64,000 nucleotides of DNA from Chloroflexia bacterium (GCA_035274425.1 DATEOC010000092.1:3562-67561); one strand, 5' to 3'; positions 22,301 to 33,200 are shown, numbered from the stretch's first letter. Translations and numbers: made by a program. Notes: a model not told the origin generated them from the letters alone.

Positions 22301-23702
22301 GGCACTACAACAAGAGACTTCAGCCTACCCTGCGGATCGCATGCGTGCGTTCCTAAAGCTTAGTCGCCTAATCGCACCCACTGACTTGGCGAGTGCGCTT
22401 AGCTATAGTGAACAGGCTGTAGAGGTAGCGAATAACTCCGATGAAGTGGCCGACACCGAGGTTGTCAAGGCTCTGGGGGAGCTCACCATAGCTCGGTACC
22501 TTTCGGACGAACTAGCAAGTACCTATGATGACTGGGAGTTAGCAGGCGAGAAGCTGTTGGGAGCGAAGGAACACACGGAAGACTGGAAGAGCACTTTCGT
22601 GATTTACGGTCACTGCGCTGGCTATTTTGCCCGATTCGCAATGACAGGTCATCCACCTGAAGCGATAGCCTCTGGAGAGCCATACGTAGCGCCTCAGCTT
22701 GGGATGTTTACCGGCCATGTGCCAGAACGTGCCCAGTATTACGATACCAAGACCAGCATACTCCATATCTCTTACCTTATGGCCAACCTGGCGATGTACG
22801 CAGGTGCAGTCGGTAAAGTAGAGCGCGTAATCGCCTGGTCTGTGCAAGGGTTTGACTTGGCGCGTGCTGCCGGCGAAACGCTGGCCGTATCACAGATGGG
22901 CTTTGACGTAGTACCAGCACTCCTTATCAACAACCGATTCGGTGAGGCCCTGGACACTGCACTGGCGACTGGCATAGGTGGGGTGGCAGTCAGGCTAGAT
23001 TACAGGAAGGACACGACATCAGTGAGAACCAGAATCGATGTCGATGAGGTGCTGGGGCCAAAGCCAAATGAGAACTGGGTAAATGCAGAACAGATAGCGG
23101 GTGAACTCGGCGTACTGCCCGCAGCATTCAGACTTGGGTCTATCGCCTTGAAGGACGCTGGGGAAGCACGCGATTGCGCTCAGGAAATAGCATCTCTGTG
23201 CCGACAGGTTGGTATCGAGGCAGCTGAACCTGCCTTCTGGAATACAGCGGCAGAGATTTTCGAGGAGTCTTTCGTAAGGCCAGTTGGGGCCAAGCGGCTG
23301 ATTGAGCGCCCATCTGCTACAGTCATTAAGGACCGGGTGTTGCACGCTGTTGCCTATATAGGAGCGTCATTACAGACTGATTGCATACCTTCTATGGCGC
23401 TGGAAGCGCACCTCGCCATTGCCTCCGCTGTGGAACTGCTCAGAAGCGCAGATCTGGTACACAGGCTCATCGTTACACCTTTCTTCAAGGAATACTGGCA
23501 ACGCTCGTTCGCACGCTCAAGGTTCCGCTTCAGAGCCCCAATAGTTGTCCAGCGCGGCCTCGAAGCCGCGGAGCAGGTGGGACTTGACGATCAGCCTCAA
23601 GCTGTACTGCGCGCCGTAGCTACTGGCCTAGATGTGCGAATCCCTACCGACCACTTTAACTGGTTGCACAAGAAAGTAGATTCAGGCGTCCCCAGGCCGT
23701 GA
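19389..23702 (+). CDS. STAND/AAA-like P-loop NTPase (1437 aa) with a possible N-terminal PD-(D/E)xK/Cap4-like nuclease domain and a long C-terminal helical sensor region. Avs-like architecture.
   Basis: Walker A 'GSIGSGKTLLAALSAY' and Walker B 'LVIIHDLPRL'. The N-terminus 'GFVYQVDLTILRWLELGDGQYLELECGEDIDLITAD...LLEQVKRY' resembles a D...(E/Q)xK nuclease core. The gene lies 105 bp downstream of the NACHT gene on the same strand. Confidence 0.7.
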   Translation: MLQQQFVTERDRDAWATIAGFVYQVDLTILRWLELGDGQYLELECGEDIDLITADLHGGAHSGQLGQRLLEQVKRYQSPISLRSRVALEALASAVEHLANNPGLDLAFQFTTTAAISREQPSPLPDRIPAITAWHEVRAGTLTSDLQGRILQGIRAILTGASRPANLNENTWQRFKTFAAEASQEDLLSFVKRFEWSTGAADPEEVMLQVRAVLIERGAAKDTTEAWSLYQRLFHHVFRVLTSPDLKRLSSADLSEQLTQRTLTADELALVEGVHSILADLTSRVQSLERVQEEQVRSIEAIQSQVAGLAERYGIYPAQVRQLPRSFRELPPIPPAVSRRSKTVANLLDTIQQFTWTALHGSIGSGKTLLAALSAYERGQWEAWIKLSTNQLEQASIDLDEVCYELIGDFSPGPWQDLYRKACTEVGTGKLVIIHDLPRLNGNDPLTERLVLLTLTAAKAGLKLLTTSPFRPPNRVRTALRGTTLRIVAVPAFTDEEVLEVLERHGAPREVLNDKFISAMSSLTDRHPQRLASLAQYLEQRRWQITDEVVEGLLRSEYSQELDRETTHALISKIDDVDSRELLYRLGLSKRSFSLEDVRAIASLERVIDRPTERLDALVGVWVQPETDVLMSVSPLITALDGRDLTANTYRACHKTFGRRIMAKGTITASQLIDALTHFNEAQEYDQAALTLSVGLTELSRLEPTAPDAGLSAVWANTPLPEQMNLGLRIYARLRQILARTQRGLQTAHAVRDLDALIDRAGEEEIWALSAVMGLTPIAETSPIPAANLYKYLLRVVRHFDTAMLPNGTPLRDVVPIRPELIIWWHVVNIRTVDDMFAWLNTFEHFSDEERGRVLADDLAVEGCLWVASRVWLTECEKPAEKQEWAPILAALKELEQRARGLGVELLWASAVHSQIIILAESCHDLPAAKKQAEEALAEASVDPRVQFLIREAIGKQGTLPEAEAIEWLRSALQQETSAYPADRMRAFLKLSRLIAPTDLASALSYSEQAVEVANNSDEVADTEVVKALGELTIARYLSDELASTYDDWELAGEKLLGAKEHTEDWKSTFVIYGHCAGYFARFAMTGHPPEAIASGEPYVAPQLGMFTGHVPERAQYYDTKTSILHISYLMANLAMYAGAVGKVERVIAWSVQGFDLARAAGETLAVSQMGFDVVPALLINNRFGEALDTALATGIGGVAVRLDYRKDTTSVRTRIDVDEVLGPKPNENWVNAEQIAGELGVLPAAFRLGSIALKDAGEARDCAQEIASLCRQVGIEAAEPAFWNTAAEIFEESFVRPVGAKRLIERPSATVIKDRVLHAVAYIGASLQTDCIPSMALEAHLAIASAVELLRSADLVHRLIVTPFFKEYWQRSFARSRFRFRAPIVVQRGLEAAEQVGLDDQPQAVLRAVATGLDVRIPTDHFNWLHKKVDSGVPRP

Positions 23703-24212
23703 GTACATCTGGACGCCGGTCAGGCATAGGGTATATAGTACGGAAAATGCCTACGGGTGGATATGCGCGGCCTCAGACCTGACAGCAATGTAGCTCTAGG
23801 CTTGGTGACAGCGAAGCTGGGGCAAGGCGTCTTGATAGGTAGAGACTCAAGGTAGACGTTAATGGGCGATGTAAGTGCCGATGTCGTGGTGAGATGGTGC
23901 TCATAGAGTAAAAATGGTGGCTCTGTAAACCGGTTGCATGCTGCGCAAGCAGCCAAATATGGTCGAGTGCCGCTACCATATGGATAATCGGCACTTTTGT
24001 CATCACCTTGAGTCTCTATCTATCAAGATACCTTGCCCCTGGTGTCAGCTTCGCTCACTTTACCCCTCAAATTGATGCATCCCTATAAGCTCTCACCAAA
24101 ATGGCTCTGGTAGACCATCGTGGACATCCGTTCCCAAGGGCAATGATCCTGCTAATATCAGTCTCGGCGAGCAACTCGACTGGCATCGTATTATTTCTCC
24201 TAAGGTTCAATT

Positions 24213-25124
24213 ATGTCTATTGCATTCCAGACCCCCTACGGCACATCCTTCCACGGCCCCGCAGAGGTGATCCTTACCTCGCCTCAAGCTGAACAGTACC
24301 AAAAGCAGGTACGCCTTATTTTCACCTCACCACCCTTTCCTTTGAACAGGAAGAAGAAGTACGGTAATTTGAACGGGCAAGCATACATCGACTGGCTAGT
24401 GAGCTTTGCTCCCCTCTTCAAAGACCTTCTCATGGCGGATGGCTCTATAGTCATAGAGATGGGGAATTCATGGGAGCCCGGCCGGCCAATCATGTCTACA
24501 CTTGCCTTGCGCGCGCTCCTCGCATTACAGGAACATGGTCAATTCCACCTATGCCAGCAGTTCATCTGGCATAATTCGGCACGCCTCCCAAGTCCAGCGC
24601 AGTGGGTCAATGTTGAACGCATCCGCCTCAAAGACGCGTTCACATACTTATGGTGGCTTTCGCCCACCGAGCGTCCTAAGGCGGATAATCGCCGTGTGCT
24701 CAAAGAATACAGCGACTCCATGCAGAAACTGTTAGTCTCTGGGCGCTATAATGCCGGAAAGAGACCATCTGAGCATCACATTGGCCAAGCTTCCTTTCTC
24801 AACGATAACAACGGCGCTATTCCCTCAAACGTGATTACGCTTGCCAACACCCAGGCATCCAGTGATTACCTGAACTACTGCCGGGAGAACGGCCTCCAAC
24901 CGCACCCAGCCCGTATGCCGCCTGAACTAGCGAGCTTTTTCATTCGGTTCTTGACCGACCAAAACGATTTGGTGTTAGATCCGTTCGCTGGTAGCAATAC
25001 AACGGGGTCAGTAGCCGAAAGTCTCCAACGCCGATGGATTGCCGTTGAAGCGAGCAATGAATATATAGCGGGCTCCAAAGGACGCTTCAATCTCGATCCT
25101 GCCATATCCCAAAGCACCAGCTGA
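24213..25124 (+). CDS. Beta-class amino DNA methyltransferase (N4-cytosine or N6-adenine), with motif IV before motif I.
   Basis: Motif IV 'FTSPPF' sits near the N-terminus. Motif I 'VLDPFAGSNTTG' sits near the C-terminus. SPPF is typical of N4mC/N6mA MTases. Confidence 0.85.
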   Translation: MSIAFQTPYGTSFHGPAEVILTSPQAEQYQKQVRLIFTSPPFPLNRKKKYGNLNGQAYIDWLVSFAPLFKDLLMADGSIVIEMGNSWEPGRPIMSTLALRALLALQEHGQFHLCQQFIWHNSARLPSPAQWVNVERIRLKDAFTYLWWLSPTERPKADNRRVLKEYSDSMQKLLVSGRYNAGKRPSEHHIGQASFLNDNNGAIPSNVITLANTQASSDYLNYCRENGLQPHPARMPPELASFFIRFLTDQNDLVLDPFAGSNTTGSVAESLQRRWIAVEASNEYIAGSKGRFNLDPAISQSTS

Positions 25125-25166
25125 TCTCGCTAGGACTCAAAGCCGCAGTGTTCTGTTGGCCCTACC

Positions 25167-25222
25167 TCTAGACTAAGGTACCATGGGACTAAGGACGATG
25201 TACCATTCATCCTTAGGTCTAG
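25167..25222. promoter_or_regulatory. Stem-loop downstream of the MTase gene, with an ~11-bp stem (ctagactaagg / ccttaggtctag) and an internal ggtaccatgg palindrome.
   Basis: The inverted repeat is seen directly in the sequence. No U-tract follows, so it may be a structural or regulatory element rather than a classic terminator. Confidence 0.3.
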
Positions 25223-25614
25223 TATCGCTTGGGAACATGATTGGGTGGAGCAATCCCACGGCGTCATACCTGTTATGGACAAGGGGTATTATAGAATAGG
25301 CTAATTTGGCCTATTGACTTAACGCATACCAATAGTGTAGCATTACCCATAGTTGGAGTTGTACCTCTTTTCATTATCGCCACTATATTCCTGCGTTCCT
25401 GTGCTGACATAGACAGAACGCACCTTTGTTGCTGCCCTGGAAAAGGCGGCATTAACGTCTGGAACGGCACGACTGATCAATAGCCTAGTCAGTGTTGTGG
25501 TGGTCAGTTTTTGATCATTGTCGTTTTCTAACGCAGCAAATCCTGCTACCTCATGGACCAGATGGACCAGATAGGACAAGGACATTCAAGGAGCCTTCAG
25601 GAGATAAATAGTAG

Positions 25615-27333
25615 ATGGCGCGCATGTATCCCCAGAACTTACCAGGCAGCGTCGAAAGCAAAGCGGAGGAGATCCTTTACCAGGAACTTCAAGCACAACT
25701 CCCCGATGGTTACACTGTACTCTACAGCGTTAAATGGCTCATGCGCGATCGAAAACGGCATGACAACGATGGCGAGATTGATTTTCTCATAATCCACCCT
25801 GATCTAGGTGTGCTCGTCTTGGAAGTCAAGGGGGGCCGCATACGTGTAGAGGGCCCAAGCGGTCACTGGTATACGATAGACAAGCACGACCAAGAGCATC
25901 TTATCAAAAACCCGTTCGATCAGGCTACGAAGAACCTGCATGCTCTGAGGGACAAGCTCGATGAAGCTCCAGCCACTCAGCCCTATTCGTATCGCATGCA
26001 GCATGCCGTAGCCTTCCCCAATGTGATCCTGGGGCAAACTAACATCGGTCTTTACGGCGATCGCGAGCTGATCATCGACTCCACAGATATGCCTCGGCTG
26101 GAAATGGCGATCCGCCGTATTATGGGGACCCCAAACAAGCAGCCCGTGTTGAGCAGCTTGGCCCTACGTGCCTTCGTCAATACCCTGCAACCTACGATGG
26201 AGATCAGCCGCATCGGTATCGGCACACACGTGCTCGAATCGGAAAGACAAATCGCTATCCTCACCGAGAACCAGTTCCGCATCCTCGACTATCTAGCCCT
26301 GCATCCACAGGCCCTGATATCGGGCTGCGCAGGCTCAGGTAAGACGATGCTCGCAATGGAAAAGGCCCGCCGTCTTGCCAACGAAGGCTTCACGGTACTG
26401 TTTACCTGCTTCAACAGAAACCTCGCACAGTGGGTGCGCTCACGCTTCCAGAGCGATCCTAACACCATTAGCGAGCGCATTTACGTAAATCACTACCATG
26501 GACTGGTGATCGAATTCTGCAAGAAGTCCGGTATAGCTCTCCAGCAAGAGATCGAAGCTCTGGACCCGCAGGCACTATCTGAATATCTCAACGATACGCT
26601 GCCAGAGAAGATGCATGAAGCCAATACAAAGCTCAGGTTGCGCTTCGACGCCATCGTAGCTGATGAGGGGCAAGACTTCGCTGAAATGTGGTGGGTAACA
26701 TTGCTAGACCTGCTCAAGGACAGAGAGCAGGGTGTCTTCTACATCTTCTATGACCCCAATCAACGTATTTATGGGCGAGACTTGTCTCTCCCCTTCACCG
26801 ATGCGCCTTTCACCCTCAATACTAATTGCCGTAACACCGCGACAATACACAACGAGGTACAGCGCTTCTACCAGGGTACTCCACAGCCCTTATCAGGTGG
26901 GCCAGCCGGCATCAAACCAGCAATTATCCCTATACTGCAAACAGGGGAGAGAGAAGCGTTGCGCAAGGCTTTTACCCACCTCTTCACCGAGGAGAAAGTC
27001 CCACCCCGTAATGTAGTCGTACTCACTCCACGAGGGCTACGTACTAGTGAGTTCAAGGAGGGGACCACGGTCGGCACTTACACTCTAACTTGGGGCGAGG
27101 CTGGACCTGGCCAGGTGCCGATACGCTCGATCTACAGTTATAAGGGCCTCGAAAGCCCCGTCGTCATCCTCGCTGAACTCGACAAGATCGAGTCTCAGCA
27201 GCAGGACTATCTCATGTATGTGGCTCTATCTCGCCCTAGGAACCATCTCATAGTGCTGGGCCGCTTGCCTCAACCTCTCGCTGAGCCCGTGACGATCAGA
27301 CCTGGGGATCGATATGCATATGGAGAACTCTAA
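25615..27333 (+). CDS. NERD (nuclease-related domain) fused to a UvrD/PcrA-like SF1 helicase.
   Basis: N-terminal NERD signature 'GEIDFLIIHPDLGVLVLEVKGG'. Helicase Walker A 'ISGCAGSGKTMLAMEKA' and motif II 'IVADEGQDF'. The stop lies 2 nt before the start of the next gene. Confidence 0.85.
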   Translation: MARMYPQNLPGSVESKAEEILYQELQAQLPDGYTVLYSVKWLMRDRKRHDNDGEIDFLIIHPDLGVLVLEVKGGRIRVEGPSGHWYTIDKHDQEHLIKNPFDQATKNLHALRDKLDEAPATQPYSYRMQHAVAFPNVILGQTNIGLYGDRELIIDSTDMPRLEMAIRRIMGTPNKQPVLSSLALRAFVNTLQPTMEISRIGIGTHVLESERQIAILTENQFRILDYLALHPQALISGCAGSGKTMLAMEKARRLANEGFTVLFTCFNRNLAQWVRSRFQSDPNTISERIYVNHYHGLVIEFCKKSGIALQQEIEALDPQALSEYLNDTLPEKMHEANTKLRLRFDAIVADEGQDFAEMWWVTLLDLLKDREQGVFYIFYDPNQRIYGRDLSLPFTDAPFTLNTNCRNTATIHNEVQRFYQGTPQPLSGGPAGIKPAIIPILQTGEREALRKAFTHLFTEEKVPPRNVVVLTPRGLRTSEFKEGTTVGTYTLTWGEAGPGQVPIRSIYSYKGLESPVVILAELDKIESQQQDYLMYVALSRPRNHLIVLGRLPQPLAEPVTIRPGDRYAYGEL

Positions 27334-27335
27334 AG

Positions 27336-30239
27336 GTGAAATTACGCTTCAGCACAGACTCGTACCGAGACATCCTTCTTAGAGTTGCCAAGGACAACAG
27401 CCTCTATCCGCGGCCAGACTGCGAACCCTGGTTGCAGGAGATAGCCACGGCATTCCGCAATGATCTGGGCCTATTAGCGCTCCACAGCATCTCTGGCCTT
27501 TCTGAGCAGTTACCAGGACAGCCCCTGGTGCGCATCCCACTTTGTGCGGTGGACAACCTCATTCTCCTGCTCACTCGCGACGCGGTGCAGTCACGCCGTC
27601 ATATAGGCATTGCACTGCCAACCGGTACGGTGATGCTGCCGATGCTCATGATCTGCAAGACCCTCCTGGGCGACCTACTAAGCCAGCAGGAGATGCTCAC
27701 CGATCCACACCGCCCTCTTAGTTTGAAGGAGCGCGGCGGAATTCTCTTGGTCAGCCCGGATACAGAGATGCGGACGCGCTACTTCAGCATGCGCGTCGGC
27801 GAGGCAACTGTAGATAAGGTATACCCAGCGTGCAGGATGCGCCCCGACGGCAGTGTAGCTCCAATCACTGCTTCTCCTGAGGGCGTGCTTTCGGTTTGTT
27901 TTTTCCTCGCTCATTTGAAGCGATTGCCCGACCCGGGGGAGGTGAAGTTCAAGCCCGCCGTCGTCATCCTCGACCTCACCCATGACCACTGGATTGACCG
28001 ACTCGAAGATATCATCGGCTGGTGTACTCGGCTTCACGACACACAGGGTGAGCCAACGACGATCATTGCCATCCTCCCGCTCGGCGATAGACCAATGCGG
28101 GAGGCACTTGCTCGCCAAGACATTCCCACATTCCCACTCAATGCAGACGCCATAAACAGTATTGTAGAGGGCTTCTCCTCAATCGCGCCCCCTTCTACAG
28201 CTATCGAGCGCGAAGCATATAGCACATGGTCTTTCAGCTCGTTTGCGCTCGAAAAACCCCTGGAGCGCGCTCACACTATATATTGCGTGCCGGAGCAGGC
28301 CGCAAGTGATGTGGTAGAGATAGTCACAGATATTTACCAGGCCCTCGATAGCGCCGATAACCTAAATGACCGTCATGTTCACTCAGGAAGACATCCCGAC
28401 TTGCGCTTGGCCTCTTGGCTTGTAGGAACTTTGCTACAATTGCCTGTGCCTGCACAGTGGTACGAGCAGCATGCCTTCCTAGCAGGCAATCGCCAAACCC
28501 TCAAGAAGTTGATCGGCAGCATTGGCACCGGACCCCACAGCAGCCTTAATCGTGAAATAGCTCCGATTCTGCAAAGCGTGCGCGGCCAACTTGACCTGCT
28601 GTACATGCGCCTCTCCACAGCTAATCCGAAGAGCGAAGCGTTCCTACGCTACTACCAAGACTACCTGGCGCCGAGGCTAGCAGAGGAAAAAGAGGTAGTC
28701 GTGCTGGCGCGCAACGACGTCGTTGCGCGCGCACTATGGCCTTGGCTGCAAAGCGAGGGCGTACCAATAGAGCACCAGGCTAGACTGCGTATTCTCACAT
28801 ATAAGCAGATAGACGGTCGGGAGCTCTACGATATTGTAGTTGCTACCGGCCCCTGGCCTTATCGCTATCGCTGGCAAGTGGGTGGACGACTAGGACGCAA
28901 CATCGATTTCATCCTCTACGATCGCGAGGAGGGTATCCTAAAGCAGCAGGTAGCATACTTCTACGGCCAGCGCGCCCGTAAGTACCTAGAACGGGAACGC
29001 TTTTCGATCTTGCAGGGTTACAGCAACTTGCATGCTATTCCCCCAGATGAAACCCTAGCAGCTGACGATATAGCATTGATCCTCAACAGGATTGGACGCG
29101 TACCGACATATGACGAGCTGGCTGATGCCCAGGTTTCGACACCAGGAACATCGAAGCTGGGCTTGGAGGAAGAAGACGAGCAGGATGGAGACCTGCCTTC
29201 TATCTTCAGCGTTCACAGGTTTGATCCTGCCACCTTCACAATCAGGCCTCCACTCCCGCGGAGCAATCTTGGAGAGGCATTTCAAGAGCAAGGGGAAGCA
29301 TCGAGCGCCACTAGCTCAGCGCTTATATGGCGGGAGGATCGAATAGCAGAAATGGACAACCAGCCTGATCTCGGAGACGCAGATGCTCCGATTAATGCGG
29401 AGCATCTAGGTGGCCCTACAGAAGCCTGCTTACGCCTGACCATGCAGTTGCTGTCAATGGGTCCACCGGATGAGGAAGGTGAGGTCAGATACCTATACCT
29501 AAGCTCAGAGGCCAGCACCGAGTGCTATCTGCCTGGCGGAGAGGAGGCCCTAGCTTCCATACTTAACGATGAGATCGAACCAGGCTACATTATCATACGA
29601 ACCGACCAAGAAGATCGAGACTCCCTGTTCGACCGCATCATTCAAATGGCCGATGCGCAACCCACTATGAAGTACCTAAAGGTATGGCGCACCTACTGGT
29701 TAGAGGCGGCGGATAGCCTGGTGCGCAAAGGGGCAATGGGGCAGGCGGTGCGCGGAAGCTACAAGCAGTTACAGACACAGCTCGCGCAGTCAGGGGTGCA
29801 AGTCACCACCATGACAGTACGCGATTGGGTGCTTGGGGCACGCATCGGCCCCAGGGACATCAAGGCCGTCAAAGCGGTTGGTGCCTTGACGCAACATCCT
29901 ATGCTTATGCAATACCCTGATCAAGTGGATGCAGCTTTCAAGCAAATTCGGGTCATCCACCAACTGCTTGGGCGGCGGATTGCAGCCACGCTACAGAGGC
30001 TCGGCAAAGTGGCCAGTCAAGGCCTGAACCGGACCAGTGGAAGAAATGATTATACATCTTCGAGCGGCATCGTGAAGAGAGGAAAGCGAAATCTCAATAT
30101 AGACCCCGCATTGGCGGTGCCAATAGATGATCTATTGGACCTGCTGGAGTTCTGGGAAGTATTGGAAGTGAGCCAGGATCCTTGTCAAGTGCCTAGCAGC
30201 CGTGTAGGAAAGCTTCTCACGCGCTCCGTGTTCGGCTGA
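27336..30239 (+). CDS. Large hypothetical protein (967 aa), operonic with the NERD-helicase and upstream of the DrmA-like helicase. Candidate DrmE-like component.
   Basis: Long ORF with genome-typical composition and no recognisable catalytic motif. Its position matches DrmE in class-2 DISARM (inference). Confidence 0.6.
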   Translation: MKLRFSTDSYRDILLRVAKDNSLYPRPDCEPWLQEIATAFRNDLGLLALHSISGLSEQLPGQPLVRIPLCAVDNLILLLTRDAVQSRRHIGIALPTGTVMLPMLMICKTLLGDLLSQQEMLTDPHRPLSLKERGGILLVSPDTEMRTRYFSMRVGEATVDKVYPACRMRPDGSVAPITASPEGVLSVCFFLAHLKRLPDPGEVKFKPAVVILDLTHDHWIDRLEDIIGWCTRLHDTQGEPTTIIAILPLGDRPMREALARQDIPTFPLNADAINSIVEGFSSIAPPSTAIEREAYSTWSFSSFALEKPLERAHTIYCVPEQAASDVVEIVTDIYQALDSADNLNDRHVHSGRHPDLRLASWLVGTLLQLPVPAQWYEQHAFLAGNRQTLKKLIGSIGTGPHSSLNREIAPILQSVRGQLDLLYMRLSTANPKSEAFLRYYQDYLAPRLAEEKEVVVLARNDVVARALWPWLQSEGVPIEHQARLRILTYKQIDGRELYDIVVATGPWPYRYRWQVGGRLGRNIDFILYDREEGILKQQVAYFYGQRARKYLERERFSILQGYSNLHAIPPDETLAADDIALILNRIGRVPTYDELADAQVSTPGTSKLGLEEEDEQDGDLPSIFSVHRFDPATFTIRPPLPRSNLGEAFQEQGEASSATSSALIWREDRIAEMDNQPDLGDADAPINAEHLGGPTEACLRLTMQLLSMGPPDEEGEVRYLYLSSEASTECYLPGGEEALASILNDEIEPGYIIIRTDQEDRDSLFDRIIQMADAQPTMKYLKVWRTYWLEAADSLVRKGAMGQAVRGSYKQLQTQLAQSGVQVTTMTVRDWVLGARIGPRDIKAVKAVGALTQHPMLMQYPDQVDAAFKQIRVIHQLLGRRIAATLQRLGKVASQGLNRTSGRNDYTSSSGIVKRGKRNLNIDPALAVPIDDLLDLLEFWEVLEVSQDPCQVPSSRVGKLLTRSVFG

Positions 30240-30297
30240 CATTTCTAACCTTTAGCAAGGTTATTCTGGAAGAAGTAATTCCCGAAGGATATTTCAT

Positions 30298-33200
30298 ATG
30301 GATCAAAGCCAAGAGCTACGCTTTGTAAACTACCTATTTGACCGAGTGAGAGGCGGCCTGACAGGGGGATCGGAAGACGAGATCGTCGGCGCAGGCCCTC
30401 GAGAGCAGTTCCACGCTGGAGTTCTACTGCCAATGCAGATTGGGCTACCCAGCAATGGATCAGCGCCTAGTTCCTCAGGAGGGGATAGCCTCAGTGGGTT
30501 CATGGAGGCGGCTGGGAATGTGCCCACAGAGGCGCGGGTCCTAAAGGTTGACACCGACTCTTCGATGGGCATAGATTTCCAGGTGCGCCTGCCTGAAGGT
30601 AGCGGCGAATTCGTGCTGAGAATACAGCCACGCTTCAGTGTCTATTACGCCGTATTTCCCACTTACCAGGAAGTAATAGCCCATCAGTACGCCCTTCAGG
30701 AAGCCGCTCCAGATGAAGAACAGATAGCGAATGGTGCCGTCGGGGGTGCCGAGATTAACGATAGTGCTGATGTGGTGCTAGCAGACGGGGAGAGCCAGCA
30801 GGTAGAACCCGATCTGGACTTGGTCAAGCCCGCGGTTGCCGATATACCACACCAGTTGGCTGATGAGGTTGACCGTTCCTTCACAACGGATACCGTGCGT
30901 GAGGTCGAGGCCCATGATGACACCGTCAGCCTACCTCGCAAGTTCCGGCGTAAATCTGTCGAGCTTCCAGTGCTTGAGATTCCGGTTAGCGTGCGGCGGC
31001 TGGGCGCATCGCTGGAGATACGCGATCCCTTTACTGAGGTGCTAGCCGATCTGCGCTCAGCAGTGCTGAACGATCCAGACTTGTGGCGACATCTGGGCAA
31101 GCCTTCGGACGGCGCACGGGAACTGCCTGGACACAGGGTGCTTGTGGATGAGCAAAGTTATATGGCGGCCCTTGGGAGTTCGGCAGTAGGTGAAGTAGCT
31201 CTACCTGCTTGGCGCGCATACCTCTCAATTTCGGGGGCGTCCGTCCTAGCAGGCGCGGTGGCCCAACCAGGTGCTCGTACCGATCTACGAGCAGTTCGAG
31301 GTGATGGGCAGACACAGACAGAGGTCCAGACACCAAGACAGGAACAGGTATTGCGGCTCAACGTAGCACTGGTCAACGCCACGCCAGGACTCTCACCTAC
31401 CGATAGCCGCCGCGCCCAACTCGAAGAAGGTGCCCTCTTCAACAGTGGCCTCTCAGTCGAGATAAATGAGGCGGAAATCGTACCGTTTGTGTTCCATGGC
31501 ACGCCCAAAGACTATCGCTACAATCGCGATTTCCCAGCCCTGGGGAGCAATTGTGTGGCTTTGTCGGACCCTAATAACCCCCAAAGGCTCTACACTGAGA
31601 CGGTGCCTCTATATATTCAGCCTTGGTATCGGACGCGCGATCCTCTCCCTGTAAAGTTCGCTGAGCTTGATATTTCGCCAGGCAATGACCCGCTGGGCAA
31701 GCTGGGGAGCATCACTTCAGCTATGGACGATTACTTGGCCGAATGGGACGACTATCTAAAGGAGCGCGCCCCGCATGAGCTGGACCGGGACCAAGTGGCG
31801 GTTTGCCTGCGGGATCGCGAAGCGTTTCGAGTTGAAATAGATCGCTATAAGCTCGGCTTGGCTGCTCTGAGGCGCGACGCCGACCTGCTGCGCGCCTTCC
31901 GGCTCATGAACACAGTATTTGAGCGAACCGGGGAGCAAAGGAAGCCGCCTATTCGCAGCTGGCGTCTTTTCCAAATTGTCTTCATGGTAATCCAGCTACC
32001 CGCCTTGGCAGCGCGCGAGCACGATGTGACCACTGGTGATGAGTACAGTCAAGGGCTCAAGGCCGCCCTCGACAAGGTCGATGTGCTTTGGTTCCCTACG
32101 GGCGGCGGCAAGACGGAGGCATACCTGGGGCTGATCGCCACGACCCTATTTTATGATCGGCTCCGAGGCAAGGACCGGGGCCTCACCGCATGGATGCGCT
32201 TCCCTCTGCGGATGCTCAGTCTCCAGCAGTTAGAGCGTCTGGCGCAGGTAGTCGCGCAGGCTGAGATGCTAAGGGCCGCCGAGCCAGACCTTGCCACAGC
32301 AGGCAGCCCCTTCTCGATAGGCTATTACGTTGGGTCCAACAACACACCCAACATCCTCCGCGAGAACGCCCAAACCTCGGGAAGTCTGACTAGCAGAGAT
32401 TGGTCTAAGCAGCAGATAATCAGGAGTTGCCCATTCTGCAGAAGTAATGCTGGTGTCAAATTCGATAGAGAAAAGTGGCGCTTACTTCACTATTGCTCAA
32501 ACTCGCACTGCTACTCTAACACCGCCAATTCGCTAGGCGAATTCAAGGGCAGTCTGCCGATATTCGTTGTAGATAACGAAGTCTATCGCTACCGGCCTTC
32601 GGTGCTGGTCGGAACTGTTGATAAGTTGGCCATCCTAGGTTTCCAGAAGAACTTCGCTCACCTATTTACGTCAGTCAACGAGCGTTGCCCCACGCATGGT
32701 TACCTCTCCTTCGGGCAGTGCTTGGAAAGCACAAGCGGTGGACCGTGCACGCACAAGCCCAGAGAATATGTACAGCTCCGGCCCGAAAAGGATCCAGTGC
32801 CCGCACTCCTGATCCAGGACGAATTGCACTTGCTCAAAGAAGAACTGGGCACGTTCAACGCCCATTATGAGGGCTTTCTGCACCACTTAGCGATCAAACA
32901 GGGTCTAAAACCTCCCAAGGTGTTAGCCGCTACGGCGACTATCGAATCATATGAAGAGCAGATCGCCCATCTCTACCTCAAGGAGGCCAATCGCTTCCCG
33001 CAGCCCGGCTGGCGCATCGGCGAGTCTTTCTACGCCACGTCCACACCACTTGTCCAGCGCCGACTGTACACAGGCATACTCACCCACCAGCGCAGCCCTG
33101 AAACCACTGCGCTCAGAGCGCTATTCCTTTACCACCAAGAAATATTGAGGATGAAGGCAGATCCTGGGGCTGCTATCGCTCAACTGGGTCTCGAAGACGT

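Noticed and set aside
23720-24292. Three short ORFs between the STAND gene and the MTase.
   Set aside because: None shows a domain or good start context. The region is more likely the promoter or 5' region of the MTase operon.
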